Positions 50,056 through 60,659 of a DNA stretch of 64,000 nucleotides are shown in pieces. The notes beneath the pieces were generated by a model. That model did no database searches. It saw nothing but the letters and a program-made list of their open reading frames with translations, and was not told the origin of the DNA. The translations under genes and the position numbers were made by a program. Origin of the DNA: Croceivirga thetidis (lineage in GTDB: Bacteria > Bacteroidota > Bacteroidia > Flavobacteriales > Flavobacteriaceae); assembly GCF_012272815.1 (NCBI RefSeq), contig NZ_JAAWWL010000001.1:1301146-1365145 (forward strand), written 5' to 3'. Position 1 is the first letter of the stretch. Each line of letters begins with the position of its first letter.

Positions 50056-52422
50056 TCAATTAGAGGTAAACGTAACTTTTGCCCCAGTAAATCTAAAAAT
50101 CGAATTGTTCATTTTTTCAAAATCTTCAAATTCAGCTCCGTTAACAGAATAATTCCCTTCAGGCAACTCTAATTGGATTGTCCAATTTTGGTTGGTTTGT
50201 AAAATTTCAATTTCGAGTTTACTATTGATATTTTTATAAAAAACGGAAACCTCGTTGTCGGCAACTTTTACATTTTCTAAGGCAGCTTCATTCCAACTTA
50301 AGGGCATTTGAGGTTTAATAATAATGGTTTCATTTTGGGCTTGGGGTTGAATACCAAAAAATTGTTGTACCACGGGAATCGCGAAAGAATAAATATTCCA
50401 AGCTTGGGTCATCATACCGAAGTCGGGTGAAACTTCATACATACTTCCCGGCAGTGCATAACTAAACGAACGGGTCATGCGTTTTAGATAATCCAATGCT
50501 TCATCTGGTCTACCATAGTTATTTTCAGCAACGGCTTGCACTCCTGTTGGTAAGGTCATCACAGCGCCAGTATAGGTGAAAATAGGAGGGGCTTCATATG
50601 CACCATCATTTGAACCAGCAGAATCATCACGATCAATACCAGTAACAAAAACGCCAAATGGGTTTGTAAATTTCTTGGCCGTATTTAATGCTGTTATTGC
50701 TTTAGTTGAATCTGCAATGCCCATTTCCATTGGGGTATTAACTACCCAGTTGTGATGCAATACAAAGGGTTTCAATTCTTCTGAAGGGTTGGCTAAAATT
50801 TGTTTTCTGGTTGCTTCCAATTCTTCAATGGCCCATGGTTTATTGAGTGTATCAGCACGCACAATGGCGTCTTCTATAAGATGTAGCGCTTGTTCATCAG
50901 TGCCCAAGAAATCTGCATAAGAACTAAAATCCTCAGACCAAAAATCCCGATTGATTTGAGCTTTGAGATTAGCTGCCAAGGCTTCGTATTGATTTGCTAG
51001 ACCGGTTTTATCCAGTTCATCGGCCATTTTCGCAGCATCAACAAAAGCACGTTGCGTGTATGCAGCGACGTCGATCATTTCACTGTCTAGCCCGTGAATC
51101 TCCATCATACCAAAACCATCAGGAAACAAATTGCCGTTGGCATCATTTTCTTGCATTAGCCAATTCAACCCTTTTTCAATGATTGGGAAGTATTTTTTTA
51201 GAAACTCTTTGTTACCATTCCACTGATAAATTTCCCAAATCAGGGAAGCAAATTGAGGCGTTTCATTGATATTGCCGGGATTAAAAACGACCCCGTTGGT
51301 CGACATTTCATGAATGATTTTGCCATTTCCATTTAATGCCATTGAAACACTATCAAGAAGTTTTATGGTCTTATTTACTGTGGCTTCTTGTCCTACTGCC
51401 ATGTACCCCTTAAGAGCGTATTCGCTGTCAACCCCGAACCACCAAGGGTAGTCGGGAATACCTGCTCCAATGCCAGTACCGACTTCAGGTACGGTTCGCA
51501 CCAACCAATCACAGTTGTATTTGAGCCATTCAAAAGTTTGCTCAAGATCTTTATCTGGGACTGTCAATTTGGATTGCACTGCCAAAGCTGCATAGCGTAT
51601 TCGTTTATCTTCCGCCATGCCGTGATAATTGCTATGAATTTCAGCATATTCTTGAAGAGCTTCCTCCTTTGATTGATAGGAACCTGCAATGACAAAATTT
51701 AAGACCTGAGGTTGCTCTACATGTAGTTCGTAAATGAGCGAATTACTGACGGTATTTCCTTTGGATGATGGAATTGTTTCACTTTTACTAGGATTGTGGT
51801 CGGTACCAAAAATTGTAAACCAATTGTTGCCAGTATCTTTCACTACCCATTTTTGACCTTCGAGCTCTGATACATCTTTACCATCTATCATTTGGGTCTG
51901 TTCCCCCAGCCATGTTGGGCGTAAATCAGAATGTCCAATAAATTCAAATTTAATGTCCAGAGGCTCCGCAGCGATATTCCGTATGAGAAATTGAACAAAT
52001 ACACCTTGTTTACCATCGGGAACAAACTGCCAACGTTCAACGACTAAGTACTTATTGGGAAACTTGAAAACATGTTTATTGGCCATTGGGTAGTTGATAA
52101 ATTCGTCAGCTTTATTTAATGGCAATGTATCGCCGTCTATATAAATGTTGACATCGAACCCGTCCATTAATTTGATGGGGTGATTCCAAATTCCTCCCAT
52201 TTCTCCTTTGATATGCCAGCCCATATCCGGAAATGTTCCATCTTGGTGGCCAACCATATAAACTCGGTCTCCGGCTGTCACATAAGGCGATTCCAAGTAA
52301 TTTTTCTTACCTGCAATTGAGGGAGTATTTTCCAAAACTGAGGATAGACGTTTTGGCTCTTGATCTATACAGCAAAGGAATAATAAGGAGAAGAACAAAA
52401 AGGCTAAAATTCGCATGCGCAT
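50056..52422 (-). CDS. lipoprotein, putative glycoside hydrolase of the six-hairpin (alpha/alpha-toroid) superfamily
   Basis: Lipoprotein signal (FLFFSLLFLCC), 788 aa. The central region resembles GDE_C / GH63-like alpha/alpha toroid sequences. The family assignment is uncertain. Confidence 0.4.
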   Translation of the reverse strand: MRMRILAFLFFSLLFLCCIDQEPKRLSSVLENTPSIAGKKNYLESPYVTAGDRVYMVGHQDGTFPDMGWHIKGEMGGIWNHPIKLMDGFDVNIYIDGDTLPLNKADEFINYPMANKHVFKFPNKYLVVERWQFVPDGKQGVFVQFLIRNIAAEPLDIKFEFIGHSDLRPTWLGEQTQMIDGKDVSELEGQKWVVKDTGNNWFTIFGTDHNPSKSETIPSSKGNTVSNSLIYELHVEQPQVLNFVIAGSYQSKEEALQEYAEIHSNYHGMAEDKRIRYAALAVQSKLTVPDKDLEQTFEWLKYNCDWLVRTVPEVGTGIGAGIPDYPWWFGVDSEYALKGYMAVGQEATVNKTIKLLDSVSMALNGNGKIIHEMSTNGVVFNPGNINETPQFASLIWEIYQWNGNKEFLKKYFPIIEKGLNWLMQENDANGNLFPDGFGMMEIHGLDSEMIDVAAYTQRAFVDAAKMADELDKTGLANQYEALAANLKAQINRDFWSEDFSSYADFLGTDEQALHLIEDAIVRADTLNKPWAIEELEATRKQILANPSEELKPFVLHHNWVVNTPMEMGIADSTKAITALNTAKKFTNPFGVFVTGIDRDDSAGSNDGAYEAPPIFTYTGAVMTLPTGVQAVAENNYGRPDEALDYLKRMTRSFSYALPGSMYEVSPDFGMMTQAWNIYSFAIPVVQQFFGIQPQAQNETIIIKPQMPLSWNEAALENVKVADNEVSVFYKNINSKLEIEILQTNQNWTIQLELPEGNYSVNGAEFEDFEKMNNSIFRFTGAKVTFTSN

Positions 52423-52454
52423 TTATTTGTTATCAGTATAAAAATACCATTTCC

Positions 52455-52497
52455 TTAAAAAACAAAAAGCGGCGCAGTTAATACTGCGCCGCTTTGT
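52455..52497 (-). terminator. rho-independent terminator after rng (minus strand)
   Basis: AGCGGCGCAG (52469-52478), loop, CTGCGCCGCT (52484-52493). On the minus strand it is followed by TTTTTGTTTTTT. Confidence 0.75.
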
Positions 52498-54045
52498 TTA
52501 CCTAATGGTCTTGCCTTCTTTATCCTTGAATCGAAATTCTAGATACGTATAGGCATCACGTGGTTGGATTTTTATCCACTTCTTGTGTTCTAAAAACCAT
52601 TTAGAACGAATTGAAGGAAACCCTTTGGTCAGATATGCTGCAATAAAGGGATGCAAGTTTAATGTTAAACTTTTATTCTTGTTGGGACCAGAAAGAATAC
52701 GTTCAATATCAACATTAATTCTGTCAATCACAGAAATTGGTGCCTCAATCTCGCCACCATTTCCGTTTGGATTTTCTTCACTTGTCTTTATTTTGACCTC
52801 AGGACGAACCCGCTGTCTGGTAATTTGAACAAGCCCAAATTTACTTGGAGGCAAAATCTTATGCTTTGCTCGATCGTCTTTCATCTCTTCGCGTAGGTGG
52901 TCAAAGAGTTTTCTACGGTGATCACCTTTTGTCATATCTATAAAGTCGACAACGATGATTCCTCCCATATCACGGAGACGAAGCTGGCGGGCAATTTCAG
53001 TGGCAGCAAGAAGATTCACTTCTAAAGCGGTATCTTCTTGATTTTTGGCTTTGTTCGAACGGTTACCACTATTTACATCAATTACGTGTAGGGCCTCGGT
53101 ATGTTCAATTACCAAATAGGCGCCTTTGCTCATTGATGCCGTTTTACCAAAAGATGTTTTGATTTGTCGTTCAATACCGAATTTTTCATAAATCGGTGCT
53201 GAACCGGTATATAGTTTTACGATGGATGCCTTTTCAGGGGCAATTTCGTGCAAATAGTCTTTGATATTGTCATGAAGCTCTTCATCATCAACATGTATAC
53301 CGGTAAAGCTATCATCAAAGACATCCCTCAAAATTGAGGATGCTCTGTTCATTTCTACCAGTACTTTTGATGGGTGTTCTGCTTTATGCAAAGACTTGCA
53401 CATTGCTGTCCATTTATTCAGCAAGTTCTGAAGATCTTTGTCAAGTTCGGCTACTTTTTTGCCTTCTGCTACAGTTCTAATAATTACACCAAAACCTTTA
53501 GGTTTGATGCTCATTACTAAACGTTTGAGGCGCGACTTTTCTTGATTGCTCTCAATTTTTTGAGAAACTGAAACGCGGTCAGAAAAGGGCACCATGACCA
53601 AATAACGCCCGGCTATGGAAAGCTCGGAGCTGATTCGTGGTCCTTTTGTCGAGATAGGTTCTTTTGCAATTTGAACCAAAATAGATTGGTTAGCTTTCAA
53701 TACTTCATTGATGCCACCATTCTTGTCAATATCTTTTTCAAATGGAAAATTCTTTAGGGAGAAATCCTTCATTCTTCCCGTTCTTGCTTTTTTGACAAAC
53801 TTTAGTAAGGTAGAGAGTTGTGGACCAAGATCGTGATAATGTAAAAAAGCGTCCTTTTCGTAACCTACATTTACAAATGCAGCGTTAAGCCCAGTTACTG
53901 GTTTTCTGATTTTGGCTAGAAATATATCTCCTACCGAAAAACTATTGTCATCATCTTCTTTATGAAGTTCGGTTAGTTTTCCATTTTTAAGCAGAGCAAA
54001 ATCGACAGCGCTTGAACTAGATCGAACTATTAATTCTCTGTTCAC
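52498..54045 (-). CDS. rng: ribonuclease G/E family (Rne/Rng)
   Basis: S1 domain plus RNase E/G catalytic core (VVDFIDM...), 515 aa. GTG start at 54045. Confidence 0.85.
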   Translation of the reverse strand: MNRELIVRSSSSAVDFALLKNGKLTELHKEDDDNSFSVGDIFLAKIRKPVTGLNAAFVNVGYEKDAFLHYHDLGPQLSTLLKFVKKARTGRMKDFSLKNFPFEKDIDKNGGINEVLKANQSILVQIAKEPISTKGPRISSELSIAGRYLVMVPFSDRVSVSQKIESNQEKSRLKRLVMSIKPKGFGVIIRTVAEGKKVAELDKDLQNLLNKWTAMCKSLHKAEHPSKVLVEMNRASSILRDVFDDSFTGIHVDDEELHDNIKDYLHEIAPEKASIVKLYTGSAPIYEKFGIERQIKTSFGKTASMSKGAYLVIEHTEALHVIDVNSGNRSNKAKNQEDTALEVNLLAATEIARQLRLRDMGGIIVVDFIDMTKGDHRRKLFDHLREEMKDDRAKHKILPPSKFGLVQITRQRVRPEVKIKTSEENPNGNGGEIEAPISVIDRINVDIERILSGPNKNKSLTLNLHPFIAAYLTKGFPSIRSKWFLEHKKWIKIQPRDAYTYLEFRFKDKEGKTIR

Positions 54046-54170
54046 TATTTATCGATTTTAAAATGATTTTGCACTTGTATTAGTGCAACAATTATACAAT
54101 GTGTTCAATAGATTTTGGGACTATTGAAAGGGTATTTTCTAAGATGTCAAAGAACGTATTCAGTCTAAAA

Positions 54171-54201
54171 ATGAAAAAGTAGTTGCAACAACTACTTTTT
54201 C
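54171..54201 (-). terminator. terminator downstream of the HU gene (palindromic, bidirectional-capable)
   Basis: AAAAA GTAGTTG CAA CAACTAC TTTTT (54174-54200). Confidence 0.6.
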
Positions 54202-54297
54202 TTGTGTCGGTTGGCTCTTCTACGTTTTTTACGCTTGTGTGTGGCCACCTTATGTCTCTTTCTTTTCTTACCGCTCGGCATAGGTTCTCCTTTAAAA

Positions 54298-54588
54298 TTA
54301 TTTAACTTGTACGTTGCTCTTTACACCTTCAACAAAAACTTTGGCAGGTTTAAAAGCAGGAATATTGTGAGCAGGAATCTTAATCGTTGTATTTTTCGAT
54401 ATGTTTCGTCCTGTCTTTTCAGCACGTGTTTTAATGATAAAGCTTCCAAAGCCTCTCAAATAAACATTATCACCATTCTCCAACGAAGATTTTACCTCAT
54501 CCATAAAAGATTCAATCGTTGCCTGTACATCTCCTTTTTCAATCCCTAGTTTATCCGAGATTTTTGATACAATATCAGCTTTCGTCAT
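54298..54588 (-). CDS. HU family DNA-binding protein
   Basis: MTKADIVSKISDKLGIEKGDVQATIESFMDEVKSSLENGDNVYLRGFGSF...RNISKNTTIKIP, 96 aa. Confidence 0.9.
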   Translation of the reverse strand: MTKADIVSKISDKLGIEKGDVQATIESFMDEVKSSLENGDNVYLRGFGSFIIKTRAEKTGRNISKNTTIKIPAHNIPAFKPAKVFVEGVKSNVQVK

Positions 54589-54702
54589 TTTTGTTACTCA
54601 ATTTGGGTTTTTAAATTGGCTTGCAAATATATAAATGTTTTATATAAAGCACTAAAATTTAGATATATAAACTAAATCTCAGTTTAGTTAGTATTTTCCT
54701 AC

Positions 54703-55734
54703 ATGAGTTTTTCAGATAAAATATTGCGATGGTACGCCGAAAACAAACGAAAGTTACCGTGGCGCAGCACCATAGACCCTTACAAGATTTGGCTTTCAGA
54801 AGTCATGCTACAGCAGACTCGCGTGGCCCAAGGTTTGCCCTATTACGAGAAGTTCGTTGAGGCCTACCCAACAGTATTCGATTTGGCAAAGGCAAGTGAG
54901 GAAGAGGTACTAAAATTATGGCAAGGATTGGGGTATTATTCCCGAGCAAGAAATATGCACCAAACGGCGAAAAAAGTGGCTGAAGAATTCAATGGTAATT
55001 TTCCAAACACATACGCTGAAATCGTAAAACTAAAAGGGATTGGTGATTATACCGCTAGTGCAATTGCCTCGATTTGTTTTGATGAACAGGTTCCTGTTGT
55101 TGATGGTAACGTTTACAGGGTTTTAGCTCGTTACTTCGGAGTAGATGTTCCTATTAATAGCAACCAAGGAATAAAATTATTTAAGGAGTTGGCCCATAAA
55201 GTAATGGCCAAAGAAAACATAAGGGATTACAATCAGGGCATTATGGAATTTGGTGCTATTCAATGCTCTCCTAAAAAACCGGCATGTTTAGTATGTCCGT
55301 TAAACGAAAGTTGCAAGGCCCTTGAAATTGGTATGGTCAATAAATTACCAGTGAAGCTGAAAAAAACAAAGATTAAGGTTCGTCATTTCAATTATTTAGT
55401 GGTACTGGATGATTTTGAAAACACCATTCTTGAACAGCGCATCGGAAAGGGAATTTGGCAGAACTTATACCAATTCCCTTTGGTGGAGTCGGATAATGAA
55501 TTGACTCAAAAGATGCTTCTTAAAAGTTTACCTGATTTTTTGCATGGTGTAAAGGAAATTTCGCTCTTCAATGAAAAACCTATTGTACACAAACTATCCC
55601 ATCAGCATTTGAACACCAAGTTCTGGATTGTAAATATTCAAGAAATTGGACCCGATGGAATTTCCATTTCGGATTTGAAAAAATATCCGGTTCCTGTCTT
55701 GATTTCTGACTTCATTGAAAGCTTCAATTTTTAG
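54703..55734 (+). CDS. mutY: A/G-specific adenine DNA glycosylase
   Basis: HhH-GPD plus a 4Fe-4S Cys cluster (CSPKKPACLVCPLNESC) and a C-terminal NUDIX-like domain. Confidence 0.9.
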   Translation: MSFSDKILRWYAENKRKLPWRSTIDPYKIWLSEVMLQQTRVAQGLPYYEKFVEAYPTVFDLAKASEEEVLKLWQGLGYYSRARNMHQTAKKVAEEFNGNFPNTYAEIVKLKGIGDYTASAIASICFDEQVPVVDGNVYRVLARYFGVDVPINSNQGIKLFKELAHKVMAKENIRDYNQGIMEFGAIQCSPKKPACLVCPLNESCKALEIGMVNKLPVKLKKTKIKVRHFNYLVVLDDFENTILEQRIGKGIWQNLYQFPLVESDNELTQKMLLKSLPDFLHGVKEISLFNEKPIVHKLSHQHLNTKFWIVNIQEIGPDGISISDLKKYPVPVLISDFIESFNF

Positions 55735-55749
55735 TATTTTTGGTGTACT

Positions 55750-56190
55750 ATGAGTGGAACACTAAATAAAGTGATGTTGATAGGGCATTTGGGCGACGAA
55801 GTTAAAATGCACTATTTTGAAGGTGGGGGATGCATTGGGCGTTTTCCTATTGCAACCAATGAGACCTACACAAACAAACAGACAGGAGAAAAAGTAACCA
55901 ACACAGATTGGCATAACATTGTTGTTCGCAATAAAGCGGCCGAGATTTGTGAAAAGTACCTAAGCAAAGGAGATAAGGTGTACGTTGAAGGCCGTTTAAA
56001 AAATCGCCAGTGGCAGGGCGAAGATGGTAATACGAGGTACACAACTGAAGTGCATGTTCAAGATTTCACTTTTTTAAGTACCAAAAGTGAAGGTATGGCG
56101 ACTACCACCAATCAAGAAGTTCCAATGCCAAAGAACCCACAACCCAATCCGGTTTCCGAACCAGAAGAGGATGACGATTTACCTTTTTAA
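55750..56190 (+). CDS. ssb: single-stranded DNA-binding protein
   Basis: OB fold (VMLIGHLGDEV...NTDWHNIVV) with an acidic tail ending DDDLPF. Confidence 0.9.
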   Translation: MSGTLNKVMLIGHLGDEVKMHYFEGGGCIGRFPIATNETYTNKQTGEKVTNTDWHNIVVRNKAAEICEKYLSKGDKVYVEGRLKNRQWQGEDGNTRYTTEVHVQDFTFLSTKSEGMATTTNQEVPMPKNPQPNPVSEPEEDDDLPF

Positions 56191-56209
56191 AATGACAAAC
56201 CAAATTTAA

Positions 56210-57538
56210 GTGGACCCAGAGCCCCATTGTTGTAGTCTGGTTTTCTTGGCATTTGATGTCTCTTTGACCTTAAATTTTGCCTTACTTGTTTTATTATTGA
56301 TTTGTTCTGCCCTTATTTCAGGTGCCGAGGTGGCCCTATTTGGTTTATCTCAAACAGAAGTCAATGAAATTGAAGATGAGGAAACACGGAATGGTAAGAT
56401 CATTGTAAAATTATTGGGAAGGCCCAAAAAATTATTGGCGACTATTTTAATCGCCAACAATGCTATTAATATTGCTGTGGTCTTGTTGTTCAGTGTGATT
56501 GGAGATACTATTTTCTCTGACATTACAACAGTACTTTTTGATGTCGTCTCGCTGCGATTTTTATTGGAAGTGGTAGTAGCGACTTTTCTAATTTTAATGT
56601 TTGGTGAAATTTTACCCAAAATATACGCAAGCCGAAATGGAAGGATTTTTTCCAATTTCATGGCTAGACCGCTAAAGATTTTAGATACTTTATTCTCACC
56701 TTTAAGTAGTCCAATGCGACGTTCAATGCTATTTCTGCAAGAAAAACTTGGTCGTAGAAAATCAAATTTTGGCGTTGATCACCTTTCCCAGGCCTTGGAA
56801 TTGACCTCTGAAGGAGATACAACAAAAGAAGAACAAAAGATTTTACAGGGTATTGTTTCATTTGGCAATACTCATACACGGCAGGTTATGCGACCGAGAA
56901 TCGACATTTTTGCCTTAAACGAACAAATGAAGTTTACTGAGGTTTTGGATGAAATCAAAAAAAACGGTTATTCAAGAATCCCCGTTTTTTCTGAGCATAT
57001 GGATAACGTTCTTGGAGTGCTTTATGTTAAGGATGTGTTGCCCTATTTAGAACGAAAATCATTCAATTGGATGAAACTTATTCGGGAGCCCTATTTTGTT
57101 CCGGAAAACAAAAAGTTGGACGATCTCTTACTCGAATTTCAGGAGCAGAAAAAACACTTGGCCATTGTTGTTGATGAATATGGAGGTACTTCAGGAATTG
57201 TTACTCTTGAGGATATAATCGAAGAGATAGTAGGTGATATCAGCGATGAATTTGATGATGAAGACCTTGTATTCTCAAAGCTGGACGAAAGAACATACGT
57301 CTTTGAAGGTAAAACTACACTGAAGGATTTTTACCGGGTAACCAAAATTGAAGATGAAGCAATGTTCGAAGACAGTAAAGGAGAATCGGAAACCATAGCT
57401 GGATTTGTTCTGGAGATTTCAGGAAGTTTTCCTCGACGAGGTGAAAAAGTACTTTTCAACGATTACCAATTTGTGGTGGAAAGTTTGGACAAAAAACGAC
57501 TTAAACAAATAAAGATAATTTTACCCCATGAGAGTTAG
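56210..57538 (+). CDS. gldE: gliding motility-associated protein GldE (CNNM/CorC-type: DUF21 + CBS pair + CorC_HlyC)
   Basis: TM DUF21 region, two CBS motifs, transporter-associated C-domain. The mutY-ssb-gldE-gldD synteny is typical of Flavobacteriia. GTG start at 56210. Confidence 0.8.
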   Translation: MDPEPHCCSLVFLAFDVSLTLNFALLVLLLICSALISGAEVALFGLSQTEVNEIEDEETRNGKIIVKLLGRPKKLLATILIANNAINIAVVLLFSVIGDTIFSDITTVLFDVVSLRFLLEVVVATFLILMFGEILPKIYASRNGRIFSNFMARPLKILDTLFSPLSSPMRRSMLFLQEKLGRRKSNFGVDHLSQALELTSEGDTTKEEQKILQGIVSFGNTHTRQVMRPRIDIFALNEQMKFTEVLDEIKKNGYSRIPVFSEHMDNVLGVLYVKDVLPYLERKSFNWMKLIREPYFVPENKKLDDLLLEFQEQKKHLAIVVDEYGGTSGIVTLEDIIEEIVGDISDEFDDEDLVFSKLDERTYVFEGKTTLKDFYRVTKIEDEAMFEDSKGESETIAGFVLEISGSFPRRGEKVLFNDYQFVVESLDKKRLKQIKIILPHES

Positions 57539-58082
57539 GCTATCCGTAGGGTTTTTAGTGCTATTAGTGATATGTGGTTGTCAAGAAAATCTCTTGCCAA
57601 AACCAAAAGCAATGCTGAAACTTGAATTTCCAGAAGGCATATACGATGAATTCGAAGAATCATGTAACTATACCTTCGAAAAGAACTTTCTTGCAAATTC
57701 CAAAACAGGAAGGGACTGTTCTTTGATTTTGGATTATCCATCAATGAAGGGCTCTATTTATATTACTTACAAACCAGTTGAAGAAAACCTCGAGAAATTA
57801 CTTATAGACGCTCAAAAATTATCATATGAGCACGTTGCAAAAGCTGATAATATAATCGAGCAGCCGTTTATCAATGAAAATGATAGTGTCTTTGGAATGT
57901 TTTATGAGGTAACTGGGAACGCGGCTTCTCAATCGCAATTCTATGTTACCGACAGTACCAATCATTTTGTTACCGGTTCACTTTACTTTTACGCGAAACC
58001 CAATTACGATTCAATTTATCCTGCGGCCATATATCTTCAAAAAGATATTCGAAGGATTATGGAAACCTTGAATTGGAAATAA
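57528..58082 (+). CDS. gldD: gliding motility lipoprotein GldD
   Basis: Lipoprotein signal (LVLLVICGC), about 184 aa. Immediately follows gldE with an 11-bp overlap. Confidence 0.75.
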   Translation: MRVRLSVGFLVLLVICGCQENLLPKPKAMLKLEFPEGIYDEFEESCNYTFEKNFLANSKTGRDCSLILDYPSMKGSIYITYKPVEENLEKLLIDAQKLSYEHVAKADNIIEQPFINENDSVFGMFYEVTGNAASQSQFYVTDSTNHFVTGSLYFYAKPNYDSIYPAAIYLQKDIRRIMETLNWK

Positions 58083-58084
58083 TT

Positions 58085-58498
58085 TTACTTTTCCAAGAGC
58101 TTCTCAGCTTTTGAAATGCTTTTATTGAACTGCTCTTTTAAGGCAATAATTTTTTCCTCCTCTTCATTTAGCCACTCCTGTTTTTGAGGGGTTAATGCAG
58201 CACCTTGAAGAATTTCTTCAGAATTAAATCGATTTCCAAAATTCCCCATCCAACTCATCATCGCGTCATAGGATGCCTGTAAGTCTTCCATTGCCCCTTG
58301 ATATTTCATACCCGTTTCGGTAGAGTCAGCCTTTTGTTTAAGCTCGGCGGTAAGTTTGGTCAAATGACCCATCTTATCCATGACTTCGTCATGAATAATC
58401 ATGACTTCTTCCATTTGGGTTTTATCCGTAGTTTCTTTTTTAGGGTCTTTGCAAGCAAAAATTACAAAGGCAACTAAAAGAAATTTCAACTTTCTCAT
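58085..58498 (-). CDS. hypothetical small lipoprotein
   Basis: MRKLKFLLVAFVIFAC lipobox, 137 aa, helical. Confidence 0.4.
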   Translation of the reverse strand: MRKLKFLLVAFVIFACKDPKKETTDKTQMEEVMIIHDEVMDKMGHLTKLTAELKQKADSTETGMKYQGAMEDLQASYDAMMSWMGNFGNRFNSEEILQGAALTPQKQEWLNEEEEKIIALKEQFNKSISKAEKLLEK

Positions 58499-58519
58499 TA
58501 CTCGTTCCGATTTCTACAA

Positions 58520-58552
58520 AAATAAAAAAGGCACCATAATTATGGTGCCTTA
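58520..58552 (-). terminator. terminator after the M16 peptidase pair (minus strand)
   Basis: 20-bp perfect palindrome GGCACCATAATTATGGTGCC (58530-58549). On the minus strand it is followed by TTTTTTATTTTT. Confidence 0.75.
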
Positions 58553-58574
58553 AAAGACGTATTAATTCTTTGGT

Positions 58575-60653
58575 TTAATCAAAATCAGCGTCGCTCAATT
58601 CAATGTTTAATACAACCTCAATTAGCTTGGATTCTAATGTTCCAGGACCCATGGTTTCTGATTTAGTGGCAGGAAAAAGAACGCCATTAAAGTCGTTATA
58701 TTCACCGTAGATAACTTCAGAGTTTTGAGATTGTCCATTCATATTGATAACAGACGTTTCTTTTAATTTCAAACCACTTTCAACATCGTAGAAGAATGTT
58801 GTTTGAATCATTTCACCTGGCACCTCAACTTTATAGGCATCCTTATCACCTACCTTTTCAATACCGGCTAATTTAGTTTTATCACTTACCATCATATTCT
58901 GTTCTGGGAATAACCCCATAACAGCTTGCATATCATTTTTCATGGCCTCTGGTAACGGCATTTTATTTGGCCCTTGTTTCATGGTCAATTCATCACCTTT
59001 TGCCACTACTCCCATCATTGGACTATCATTCATAAAAGTGGTCTTAGCATACTTATCTGTAGTTCTAATTTCCTCTATTTTTATTTTTGAGCCCATGGCT
59101 TCACCCTCAAACACCATTTTTATGGATTCAACTCCACTTAAGTCGGTATCTCCACTTACGGCATCAAGATATTTTTGAAGAATTGAATTTACTGAAACAC
59201 CTTCCGGAATTGCATTGTCATAATTTGGTTTCTCTGCTTTTGCACCATACTTGTCATAATAAAGTACAGGAACCTTTTTGCCATTAAACTCTACCTTTTC
59301 AAGGTTTTCCAAAACTTCACTGCCCTTACCAGCAACAATTACCCTTGAATTTGAAGAGGTAAAATATTTATTCGCAGCATTTTGCACATCTTCAATAGTC
59401 ACGGCATCAAGTCGTTCTAGGTAGGTTTTGTAGTAATCATTTGAAAGTCCTTGCGTTTCTATATTTAGCGCATAATTGGCCACAGTCTCAGGGCGCTCAA
59501 GTGCCATCACAAAATTACCAACGTATTTTGCTTTGGCATTTGCCAATTCTTTGGCCGAAACAGGTTCTTTAATAATCTTATCTATCTCCTTTAGCATTTC
59601 TACGACAGAACTGTCGGTCACTGCATTTCGAACGCTCGCAGTAGCTCTAAAGGTAGAAGGTCCATATTTATCGTTGCCAATTCCAGAATAAGATCCATAG
59701 GTGTACCCCTTGTCTTCCCTTAGGTTTAGGAACAAACGCGCTTGGGCACCACCGCCAAGAATTCTATTTGCCAAAAGTGCATCTAAATAGTCATCGTTTT
59801 TCATTTTTAAATCCACCAAATTCTGAACTGAAATTTCTGATTGTACAGCGTTTGGTACATCAACGAAATTTATTTGACTATACTGCGCTTGAACGGGCTC
59901 TGAATAAGACAAAGATGGTGGTACAGCTTTGGTCCAAGGAGTAAAAGCGGCTGTTACCAAGTCATTTACATTATCAAATTCAACATCTCCAACAACGATT
60001 AAATAGGCATTGGCAGGAACAAAATAATCTCGATAGAATTGTTGAACATCTACTAAAGTGACGTTGTTCACTGATTCTTCTGTAATAAATTCCCCTTTAG
60101 GATGGTTTTTACCATAGACCAACACATCTTGCACACGATTGGCAATTGCCGAAACATCTTTCTCTTGGGTTTTTAGGCCAGTAATAAGTTTGGCTTTCTC
60201 TTTTTCAAATTCTTCTTGTGTAAAATTTGGATTAATTGATGCATCAGCCATTAATTCCAAAATTCTTGGGAAATATTTGGTCAGACATTGTGCAAATGCA
60301 CCCTGAGCACCAATATTAAGTGTAGCGCCCAAAAAGTCTACTTCTTCATTAAAATCATCTTTTGAGACGCTCTTGGACCCATTACCCATTAAAGAACCGG
60401 TCAGACTTTGAACCCCTGCTTTCTCACCTTCCAATATAGGTGGATTATCAATATTTAACTGAATTCTTACTCTTGGCAACTTGTGATTTTCAACTACCAA
60501 TACGGTCAAACCGTTGTTCAATTCAAACTTTTCAGCCTCATCGAGATTAATTTCAGGGGCAGGACCAGGTTCTGGTTGCTTACTTCTATCTATTTGTCCA
60601 ATAGCCAATGAAAGGCCAAAACAAAATAATAAGCTTAGAATATACTTTTTCAT
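58575..60653 (-). CDS. M16-family (pitrilysin-like) protein lacking the HxxEH zinc motif
   Basis: Signal peptide, M16 N/C domain pattern, no HxxEH found. 692 aa. Paired with an active M16 gene upstream. Confidence 0.65.
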   Translation of the reverse strand: MKKYILSLLFCFGLSLAIGQIDRSKQPEPGPAPEINLDEAEKFELNNGLTVLVVENHKLPRVRIQLNIDNPPILEGEKAGVQSLTGSLMGNGSKSVSKDDFNEEVDFLGATLNIGAQGAFAQCLTKYFPRILELMADASINPNFTQEEFEKEKAKLITGLKTQEKDVSAIANRVQDVLVYGKNHPKGEFITEESVNNVTLVDVQQFYRDYFVPANAYLIVVGDVEFDNVNDLVTAAFTPWTKAVPPSLSYSEPVQAQYSQINFVDVPNAVQSEISVQNLVDLKMKNDDYLDALLANRILGGGAQARLFLNLREDKGYTYGSYSGIGNDKYGPSTFRATASVRNAVTDSSVVEMLKEIDKIIKEPVSAKELANAKAKYVGNFVMALERPETVANYALNIETQGLSNDYYKTYLERLDAVTIEDVQNAANKYFTSSNSRVIVAGKGSEVLENLEKVEFNGKKVPVLYYDKYGAKAEKPNYDNAIPEGVSVNSILQKYLDAVSGDTDLSGVESIKMVFEGEAMGSKIKIEEIRTTDKYAKTTFMNDSPMMGVVAKGDELTMKQGPNKMPLPEAMKNDMQAVMGLFPEQNMMVSDKTKLAGIEKVGDKDAYKVEVPGEMIQTTFFYDVESGLKLKETSVINMNGQSQNSEVIYGEYNDFNGVLFPATKSETMGPGTLESKLIEVVLNIELSDADFD

Positions 60654-60659
60654 TTTTTT

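Noticed and set aside
54202-54549. Plus-strand 115-aa ORF
   Set aside because: It is antisense to the well-supported HU gene (54298..54588, minus) and has a low-complexity Leu/Phe/Cys-rich product.
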